From the IMG/VR virus record IMGVR_UViG_3300033171_000144, positions 1 to 23,388 of that record: a stretch of DNA of 23,388 bases. One strand, given 5' to 3'. Positions within the stretch are counted from its first letter, which is position 1. Every line of letters begins with the position of its first letter. Shown one piece after another: positions 1 to 6,205 of this stretch. The DNA is from a virus. The position numbers and the translations under genes are program-made. The notes under the pieces were generated by a model. The model did no database searches, was not told the DNA's origin, and was given only the letters and a program-made list of their open reading frames with translations.

Positions 1-102
1 CTACTGGAGATCCCGGTGGGCGATGATGTGAACTGGAAGATGATGCCCCAGGAGGCCGTCGATGCCGTATATGATCTACTGATGAAGCGGGGGGATCTGT
101 GA
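1..102 (+). CDS. 3' end of a hypothetical protein (partial, runs off the left edge)
   Basis: Frame 1 is open from base 1 (LLEIPVGDDVNWKMMPQEAVDAVYDLLMKRGDL*); its TGA overlaps the GTG start at 99. Confidence 0.7.
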   Translation, partial: LLEIPVGDDVNWKMMPQEAVDAVYDLLMKRGDL

Positions 103-860
103 TGGTCCCGCCCCCCATCACCCTCCGGATCTCGCCAAACGAAAGGGCGACGGCCCCGGAACGATACGCCGCCTGCATCGATGCGGCCTTGGAACGAGGA
201 TTCGAGGTCGTCCCGGACGCCGGGGCGGAGGTGGATCTGGTCTTTTCCTTCCAGATCGGACAGGACACAATGGGGCGAGTGATGAGGTGCCTGGGCATAG
301 ATCTCAAGATGCCCCAGGATCTCATAGGAAGCCTCCAGAACGGTCATCTAGCCGAACAAAGGCGAGGATGCACCTACCCCCTCAGAATCGCCGTCCTGGG
401 CTCCCTGGGCGACGTGATGAGAGCCCTACCCACGGTGACAAAGGCTGGATGGAGGAACCCCGGGGAGCAAGCCCAAGCCGAGGGGATGGTACTGCGGGGG
501 ATCGTCGCCCTCCAAGCCAGCGGTGTCGAAGTGGACTTCGGCTGGTCTCCTCTGGATATGCCCCGGACGAGGATGGAAGTGGCGGGAGAATGGGCGCTGC
601 AAGCCAACGTCTCGCAGGTCATGAGGCGGGCCGAGTACATCCTCCGATCGAAGATCGATCTCCCTCGCGCCCGGTGCGAATCGGCTCAGGAGGCGATGCT
701 CCGATGTCTTCCCGGCGTCGGGCCGGAGACGGCGCGGGCGATGGTGGCGGCGGGCATCCGCCCGAAACTACAAGGGGGGATTCTATTGGACGACTTGATG
801 AAAGTCCCCGGCATCGGGAAAAAGAAGGCGGAAAAAATCCTAAAGGCCCTCGACGGATGA
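99..860 (+). CDS. ERCC4/XPF-like structure-specific nuclease with C-terminal tandem helix-hairpin-helix
   Basis: VDLVF...IDLKMPQDLIGSLQNGHLAEQ resembles the ERCC4 GD...ERK..DL..S..GRL..Q core; two HhH motifs (LPGVGPETARAM, VPGIGKKKAEKI). Confidence 0.75.
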   Translation: MMVPPPITLRISPNERATAPERYAACIDAALERGFEVVPDAGAEVDLVFSFQIGQDTMGRVMRCLGIDLKMPQDLIGSLQNGHLAEQRRGCTYPLRIAVLGSLGDVMRALPTVTKAGWRNPGEQAQAEGMVLRGIVALQASGVEVDFGWSPLDMPRTRMEVAGEWALQANVSQVMRRAEYILRSKIDLPRARCESAQEAMLRCLPGVGPETARAMVAAGIRPKLQGGILLDDLMKVPGIGKKKAEKILKALDG

Positions 861-1193
861 GGGCTCCCCCCATGCCTCCCCCCATGCATGACACCACGAA
901 TGCCAATGTTTGTGTATGGTGGGGGCGACCCACAAAGTAGCCATCGGGCTCCATAGATCACACCACCCCCACCGATCCTTTGAAATCGTCTTCCGCTCAT
1001 GCCAGTTCGGGCAATTTTCACATCGCTGTCCTTGAATGTGGTGAGAAATCCGCCACGCGATATGATCTAGCCAATCCTCTTCTAGTATGTGATAGACTGA
1101 ATACAACCCAACGAAATCGAACAATTTATATAAATTATCCGGTATAAATGGGTAGTCACGCCACCACCGTTTCCCATCCCATTTATCCATCAT
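840..1193 (-). CDS. Hypothetical Trp/His/Cys-rich protein, possibly metal-binding
   Basis: Last gene of a coupled leftward operon; CENC...WC...WC; AT-richer than its neighbours. Confidence 0.65.
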   Translation of the reverse strand: MMDKWDGKRWWRDYPFIPDNLYKLFDFVGLYSVYHILEEDWLDHIAWRISHHIQGQRCENCPNWHERKTISKDRWGWCDLWSPMATLWVAPTIHKHWHSWCHAWGEAWGEPSSVEGL

Positions 1194-1255
1194 CGATCAT
1201 CGCCTCCTATGGCCTGCTCCCATGCGAGGAGCGCGGCGATGGTGGCGGCGGTCAT
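1190..1255 (-). CDS. 21-aa micropeptide MTAATIAALLAWEQAIGGDDR
   Basis: Not in the ORF track; hand-translated. ATGA overlaps at both ends (1252-1255 and 1190-1193), filling the gap exactly. Confidence 0.55.
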   Translation of the reverse strand: MTAATIAALLAWEQAIGGDDR

Positions 1256-1437
1256 GGGGTGGCCTCTGCCGGCATCAGGTTTTTTTCCTCCACCATCGAA
1301 ATTGTCCCATCGGCCCACTTGACTTGGACCCCTCCAGGACGACAGATGAAGAGTATCCGTACATTTTCCCAGGCCGCGAAGGTCACTCCCTGGATGTGGT
1401 GATAGACCTTGATTTTCATCACGTCGCCTTCTTTCAC
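1252..1437 (-). CDS. Small hypothetical beta-rich protein
   Basis: Fits the operon; the true start may be the second Met (MKIKV), preceded by GGAGGCGACGTG. Confidence 0.6.
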   Translation of the reverse strand: MKEGDVMKIKVYHHIQGVTFAAWENVRILFICRPGGVQVKWADGTISMVEEKNLMPAEATP

Positions 1438-1441
1438 GCCA

Positions 1442-1624
1442 TCACCTCGCGCCGGGGTCTCCGGCGCCCTTCTTCGGCGCGTCTCCCAATCTTGTGCCCC
1501 TCCCGGCGATCTCCACCAGGATCATCGCCGCCAGGTTCTCCATCGTGGCCTCGACGTTCCCGGCGGAAGCGTAATGCTGCGCCGCCACAGCGTATGCGGC
1601 GACGAGTCTGGAGCGGGGGATCAT
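1442..1624 (-). CDS. Small hypothetical protein
   Basis: ATGA-coupled to the upstream RHH gene. Confidence 0.6.
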   Translation of the reverse strand: MIPRSRLVAAYAVAAQHYASAGNVEATMENLAAMILVEIAGRGTRLGDAPKKGAGDPGAR

Positions 1625-1770
1625 TTCTCCTCCCTCTCCAGGCCGTCCAGGATGTACTCCCTGGCGACCTCTGACATGGGTTTTCCCTTCCCTCTCGCCA
1701 CGGCTTCAAGTTCCGCCCTCACATACGGCGTCAACTTGACGGCTACGCCGTCGGTCAGTCTTTCAGACAT
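1621..1770 (-). CDS. Ribbon-helix-helix (CopG/Arc/MetJ-like) regulator, 49 aa
   Basis: Not in the ORF track. MSERLTDGVAVKLTPYVRAELEAVARGKGKPMSEVAREYILDGLEREEK has the beta-strand, helix, G-turn, SEVAR helix pattern. Confidence 0.8.
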   Translation of the reverse strand: MSERLTDGVAVKLTPYVRAELEAVARGKGKPMSEVAREYILDGLEREEK

Positions 1771-2064
1771 GCCACCATCTATCTATCTGATCATATATCT
1801 ATCTTTCCCTCTATCTTAACAACAAACTATTTATTATCTCAGGATAAGGGTATGGTATCGGATCGGGCGCGGCGCGATAAGCTCCCTGAAGGACACCCCC
1901 TTCATTGCTTCGCCGTAGCTCGATTCGCGTCTCGGAGATGCCAACCTGGCCGCCAGCACCTCTCTTCAGATTTCTTTCATATAGGTATTTCGACCGAAAG
2001 GTATATATCCTAATAGGTACCAGTAGGTATTGTAGGGCGCGAAGCCCTGAGAGGTGTTAGGAAA
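1771..2064. promoter_or_regulatory. Divergent control region 1
   Basis: Rightward BRE/TATA CGAAAG-GTATATAT at 1995-2008 and RBS GAGGTG at 2051. AGGTA repeats at 1983, 1999, 2015 and 2025; palindromes TTTCGACCGAAA (1988-1999) and CCTAATAGG (2009-2017); AT-rich leftward promoter zone at 1790-1840. Confidence 0.65.
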
Positions 2065-2298
2065 ATGATAATCGAGTATGCAAACGGCAGATCGGTGAAA
2101 GTAGAGGACGAAGAGGATGCGAGGAGACTCATCGGCGAGGAATATCCAGACGCCGTATACGGTGATTGGGAGGAAATAGCTGGCGAGAGGCAGCGCATCC
2201 TAGTATGGCAGGACGAAGAGGACGCAGGGGAACCGGGGACCGGAGACGATGGTAGTAACGCCGTTGCCGAAATAGTGTATTATGTAGAGGCCCCCTGA
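2065..2298 (+). CDS. Acidic hypothetical protein
   Basis: RBS present; first gene of the rightward operon. Confidence 0.75.
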   Translation: MIIEYANGRSVKVEDEEDARRLIGEEYPDAVYGDWEEIAGERQRILVWQDEEDAGEPGTGDDGSNAVAEIVYYVEAP

Positions 2299-2492
2299 TG
2301 GCCCCGATGACAAGATCCCGGAAAGCCGCCTATATGGCTGGCATGCTGTTCATCGCCACCTTTGTATGGGCGGCGGTGTACGTTTGGGATAACGGGTTCT
2401 TTCTGTTGGCCGCCCTAGTAGGGTTTTTCGTGATCTATTGGAACTATTGCGGGGAGATGGGAGCCAGTGAGCCCCCACAAGAGGAGAGGTGA
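2298..2492 (+). CDS. Small membrane protein (two predicted TM helices)
   Basis: Hydrophobic stretches YMAGMLFIATFVWAAVYVW and GFFLLAALVGFFVIYW; TGATG coupling. Confidence 0.7.
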   Translation: MAPMTRSRKAAYMAGMLFIATFVWAAVYVWDNGFFLLAALVGFFVIYWNYCGEMGASEPPQEER

Positions 2493-3010
2493 GAGAGATG
2501 GATAAGATGATAGAAAAGTTGGCCCGCGCATTAGCGCGGGAATATGACGTTCCATCAAAGTCGTGCGAGAACGCTGCCAGGGCACTGATCGCGAATGTGC
2601 TCGATGGATGCGAGCACATGGGAATAGAAGACGCCGCCCCCGAAGTGAGGCGGTTCGTAAAATCTTACACCCACCCGGTGTGGGTTCGGCTCGCCTATAA
2701 TTGTGGCGAACCCATGGTGCTCCCGGGTATCTTTCCCTCCTGGGAGAAAGCCTCCCAACGAAGCTCATACATGGTGGATCATATTCACCATGTGGTGAAA
2801 GAGGCGGGCAGCTCCGCCTACGTCCTCGTCTACGAAGAAGAGGACGAGGAGGACGGGGAGACCCGTCTGCGGGTCAGTACCCGTGTGTCGCCCATCCCCA
2901 TGGAGGGGATGATAGAGATTCCCGGAATCCGAGTGGTACCGTCGGGGAGACAGATCTGCGGGGTCCATCCCGTAGATCCTAGATTTTATATTCGGGAGGA
3001 GGCCCCCTGA
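2489..3010 (+). CDS. Hypothetical protein
   Basis: Coupled ORF; start is GTG 2489 or ATG 2498. Confidence 0.7.
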   Translation: MREMDKMIEKLARALAREYDVPSKSCENAARALIANVLDGCEHMGIEDAAPEVRRFVKSYTHPVWVRLAYNCGEPMVLPGIFPSWEKASQRSSYMVDHIHHVVKEAGSSAYVLVYEEEDEEDGETRLRVSTRVSPIPMEGMIEIPGIRVVPSGRQICGVHPVDPRFYIREEAP

Positions 3011-3360
3011 TGCCCTCCTCACCGTACATCGAGGTCTCCCAGGAGACGCGGGCCCGGATCGCGGAGATCCGCCGCCGGGCCTCCGCCGACGAGGGGCGGC
3101 AGGTGACGAATGAGGAGATCGTGGCCCGGCTGATCGACGCGGCCGAGCGTGAACGGCTGGCGAGGGTGGCCTATGAGGCGATCCGCCACCAATACCAGGA
3201 GGTCATGAAAGATCTGGATGGGGCGATGCCCATCGATCATTTCGTGGCCCAGCGGAATTACGCCGCCGGGCTCCAGGAGGCACTCGATCTGATGGAGGGG
3301 AAGATCTCCGCCACCGGGGCCGCCGATCCCGAGATCGAGTACCTGGAGGGGCTCGATTGA
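3010..3360 (+). CDS. Protein with N-terminal RHH-like DNA-binding segment
   Basis: YIEVSQETRARIAEIRR...VTNEEIVARLIDAAE fits the strand-helix-helix pattern; helical C-terminal half. Confidence 0.6.
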   Translation: MPSSPYIEVSQETRARIAEIRRRASADEGRQVTNEEIVARLIDAAERERLARVAYEAIRHQYQEVMKDLDGAMPIDHFVAQRNYAAGLQEALDLMEGKISATGAADPEIEYLEGLD

Positions 3361-4400
3361 TCCTCCAGGGCGACTGCCTCGAAATTCTCCCCACGATCGA
3401 GGATAACGCAATAAATCTTATTTTGACCGATCCACCATACTTCAAGGTCAAAAACGAGGCATGGGATCGCCAATGGAATAAGCCCGCTCAGTTCTTAGAT
3501 TGGCTAGGCGAGGTGCTGGAAGAGTTCCGGCGCGTCCTGGCTCCGAACGGGTCGCTCTACCTCTTCGCGTCTCCGAAGATGGCGGCGAGGGTGGAGCTGA
3601 AGGTGGGGGAATATTTCGAGGTCTTGAATAACATTCGATGGGTCAAATCTGAAGGCTGGCATAAGAAGACCAACAAAGGCGAGATCCGATCGTTCCTCTC
3701 TCCCTGGGAATCGGTCATCTTCGCAGAGCATTTCGGAGCCGATTCGCAGGCCAAAGGCGAGAGCGGTTATGGCGCGAAATGCGACGAGCTGAGGGGGTTC
3801 GTGTTCGAGCCTCTGAGGGCGTATCTGGACGGGGAACGAAGGCGGGCGGGGATAGACAAGGCAGACTGTAACGCAGCCTGTGGATTCAAGAGAACGTCGG
3901 GTGCGATGGCGTCCCGTCACTACTTCAGTCGGTCGCAGTGGCTGCTACCAACCGAAGAGCATTATAGCGCCCTCCAAGAGCTATTCAACCGAGACCGCCC
4001 CGGCGAGTACTTGCGGCGAGAGTATGAGGACTTGCGGCGAGAGTATGAGGACTTACGGAGGCCGTTCACCGTATCCTCAGAAGTCCCGTATACCGACGTC
4101 TGGAACTATCCGACCGTCCAGAACTATCCCGGAAAGCACCCCACCGAGAAGCCCTACCAGATGCACATCGACGTGATCAACGCCTCCAGTCGCCCAGGTG
4201 ATACCGTCCTCGATGCGTTCGGCGGGTCATGCAAGGTCTATGACGCCTGCCTGGAACTCGGGCGCGTTCCCATCGTGATCGAGAAGGACGAAGGATATTA
4301 TCAAGCCGCCATGAAAAGGATACGAAACAAGCCGATCACGCTCGAAAAAACGATGGCGGCGGCGGAACGGCCCCCGGCGACGCTGGAGGACTTCGGATGA
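3357..4400 (+). CDS. Beta-class N6-adenine/N4-cytosine DNA methyltransferase, M.EcoGII-like
   Basis: Catalytic DPPY near the N-terminus (TDPPYFKVK); GSLYLF; HYFSRSQWLLP; VPYTDVWNY..VQNYPGKHPTEKP; SAM-binding motif (DAFGGS) near the C-terminus. Confidence 0.9.
   Translation: MILQGDCLEILPTIEDNAINLILTDPPYFKVKNEAWDRQWNKPAQFLDWLGEVLEEFRRVLAPNGSLYLFASPKMAARVELKVGEYFEVLNNIRWVKSEGWHKKTNKGEIRSFLSPWESVIFAEHFGADSQAKGESGYGAKCDELRGFVFEPLRAYLDGERRRAGIDKADCNAACGFKRTSGAMASRHYFSRSQWLLPTEEHYSALQELFNRDRPGEYLRREYEDLRREYEDLRRPFTVSSEVPYTDVWNYPTVQNYPGKHPTEKPYQMHIDVINASSRPGDTVLDAFGGSCKVYDACLELGRVPIVIEKDEGYYQAAMKRIRNKPITLEKTMAAAERPPATLEDFG
4009..4058 (+). repeat. 21-bp tandem repeat, about 2.4 copies, encoding the heptad LRREYED
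   Basis: ACTTGCGGCGAGAGTATGAGG exact at 4009 and 4030, then ACTTACGG. Confidence 0.9.
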
Positions 4401-4801
4401 GGCGGATAATCCAAATAGGAAAAAAGAAATACATTGAGGCTTTTACATGGCAAGAGAACCTCGATTTTTGGGAGGCCTGGCATCGTGACCGATCGCAGCC
4501 GGAGCCCCTCGTCTCCGGGCATATCTGGTTCGATCGGCCCGGAGACTTCGGAGGGCGATATGTTGGAGAGGTGCCTCGATCTGCTGGAGGATCTGGTTTA
4601 CGAGGCGGTGGGGGTGGAAGAGTGCTTCAATCCAGCCGAATACGAAATCTCCGCCGAGATCGTCCAGAGGGCGAATCAAATCTTAGCAGACTATGCGCGG
4701 TAGAGGCGGGGCTTCCCGGCGCTCGACCCGAAGACGAGAGCGACCCTCTACGAAGGGCGCCCCGGACCCGGGGTGGGGGATCGACTAGAAAAAAGAATTA
4801 G
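4397..4801 (+). CDS. Hypothetical protein; C-terminal half doubtful
   Basis: ATGA-coupled to the MTase; protein-like N-terminus, low-complexity G/R-rich C-terminus; stop overlaps the convergent stop at 4798-4801. Confidence 0.45.
   Translation: MRRIIQIGKKKYIEAFTWQENLDFWEAWHRDRSQPEPLVSGHIWFDRPGDFGGRYVGEVPRSAGGSGLRGGGGGRVLQSSRIRNLRRDRPEGESNLSRLCAVEAGLPGARPEDESDPLRRAPRTRGGGSTRKKN
4560..4703 (+). CDS. Small acidic helical protein nested in an alternative frame
   Basis: RBS GGAGGG before ATG 4560; MLERCLDLLEDLVYEAVGVEECFNPAEYEISAEIVQRANQILADYAR looks amphipathic. Confidence 0.5.
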   Translation: MLERCLDLLEDLVYEAVGVEECFNPAEYEISAEIVQRANQILADYAR

Positions 4802-4959
4802 TCCGGGAAGTCGCGATCGATCCATTCCCGGACCTGTTGGGACAGGTTGATCCCGGCGGCTTTGATTCGCCGCCGCTGAGATGCTCGGATCATGATTTCC
4901 GAGCGGACGAGAGGGTCGCCGTCGGGCAGCGCCTCATTCCCATGTACCCATTTGTCCAT
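4798..4959 (-). CDS. 53-aa RHH / CcdA-antitoxin-like DNA-binding protein
   Basis: Not in the ORF track. MDKWVHGNEALPDGDPLVRSEIMIRASQRRRIKAAGINLSQQVREWIDRDFPD, with RBS GAGGAG; GINLS..VR..I is typical of RHH antitoxin-like proteins. Confidence 0.7.
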   Translation of the reverse strand: MDKWVHGNEALPDGDPLVRSEIMIRASQRRRIKAAGINLSQQVREWIDRDFPD

Positions 4960-4999
4960 CTTCTCACATCTCCTCGAAAATGGGGGCTCAGGGGGGCGG

Positions 5000-5341
5000 T
5001 TAGAATGCCCCCAAGACCTCCCTATATGCCCGGTGTGCGTCCCTGGGGTCCATCCCAGAGACGTACTCGACTAGCCATTGTTCCCAGGATTCTATATCTG
5101 AGATGGGCTCGCGGTGGGTTGCCGTCCCAGCATCGCGGTTCCTCGGCCCGTTCTCTTCGTCCCACTGAAAGAGACAGTCGACATCGACTGACCCTTTCGC
5201 TGCTGTTTGAATCTCCGAATATGGCCCGCTCGGGTAGCTGATCTCAGCCCAAAATCCCCCATCTCTCTCTTCAAAATTCACTATCGCGGTCTTGATGCTG
5301 CCTCTTGGCCTGTTCAATTCGATCTCTATTTGTTTCATCAT
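5000..5341 (-). CDS. Hypothetical protein
   Basis: RBS GAAGGTGA and upstream TATA-like element. Confidence 0.7.
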   Translation of the reverse strand: MMKQIEIELNRPRGSIKTAIVNFEERDGGFWAEISYPSGPYSEIQTAAKGSVDVDCLFQWDEENGPRNRDAGTATHREPISDIESWEQWLVEYVSGMDPRDAHRAYREVLGAF

Positions 5342-5458
5342 AGTTCACCTTCACTACATACATACGTACGTATAGTATATATAGATTACCCTCGGAGCCT
5401 CCGGTCACATTCTTTTTGTGTCGTTAACTACTTATACTTAGGATACCATGTTAAGGGC
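5342..5458. promoter_or_regulatory. Divergent control region 2
   Basis: AT-rich; perfect palindrome ATACGTACGTAT at 5362-5373; TATATATA at about 5376-5383; CTTATACT at 5431, about 28 nt before ATG 5459 (leaderless geometry). Confidence 0.6.
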
Positions 5459-5596
5459 ATGAAAAAGCCGTTGATTAGAGTGTCGGAGGAAAATAAGAAG
5501 CGGTTGGCCTCTTTCGGCGACGCTTCAGTGACGATGAACGATTGCCTCGGGCGGGTGCTGGATCTCGCCGAAGCGATGAGGGACGGGGGCGCGTGA
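5459..5596 (+). CDS. 45-aa RHH-like regulator
   Basis: MKKPLIRVSEENKKRLASFG...TMNDCLGRVLD matches the common archaeal IRVS.E...RL......T..D...R.L pattern. Confidence 0.75.
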   Translation: MKKPLIRVSEENKKRLASFGDASVTMNDCLGRVLDLAEAMRDGGA

Positions 5597-5611
5597 GGGA
5601 GGCAACGCCGT

Positions 5612-6205
5612 ATGGCAAAGGTAGATGAGGAGAAGGTGAAATCCTTCCTTTCGCAGTGGATTCAAGGCAGGATATTTTGGGAGAAAAAGAACAACTTCGG
5701 CTATCCGGTCTTTCAATGTGATACGTCGGAAAGGCCCGATATGCTGATCATAAACAACGGGTATCCCATAGCGGTTGAAGTTAAACATGCTAAAAGCACC
5801 GGAAACGTCTTGGATGGCGTCGCCCAGACCCTTCGATATGCGAGGGACGGGATCAAGTTCTATGTGGATCACCGCGAAATCCAGCCCGCCTGTTATGTAC
5901 TGGCTACTCAAAATAGTATCCGGGGATGCCTATTCGACTTCGAGAAGAAGAAGGTTCCCGCATCGGATGGGCGCGACTATGCCGCTAGGATGGGCGAGAT
6001 TCCAAACACCGAATACAGGTACACCTTCCAGGCCCTCCGCTCCCTCTGGCGATTCGCCGAGTTTGAAAGGGATGTTCATGGCTGGAACTGGAACGTCGGG
6101 GTAGGGTTCTTATTATCTACGGCTTTGAATAATCCCGAGGGGCCGGTCTTTTCTCCGTTGATTCAGGCCAAAATCGATAAGCAGCAGTTTATTAAGGTGA
6201 TCTGA
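5612..6205 (+). CDS. PD-(D/E)xK restriction-endonuclease-fold nuclease
   Basis: E...RPDMLI...IAVEVKH catalytic signature; TGATG-coupled to the primase. Confidence 0.75.
   Translation: MAKVDEEKVKSFLSQWIQGRIFWEKKNNFGYPVFQCDTSERPDMLIINNGYPIAVEVKHAKSTGNVLDGVAQTLRYARDGIKFYVDHREIQPACYVLATQNSIRGCLFDFEKKKVPASDGRDYAARMGEIPNTEYRYTFQALRSLWRFAEFERDVHGWNWNVGVGFLLSTALNNPEGPVFSPLIQAKIDKQQFIKVI

Noticed and set aside
4801-4875. Two GC-rich hairpins that look like a terminator or sRNA
   Set aside because: They lie inside the 4798-4959 minus-strand gene and short GC stems are expected at this composition.
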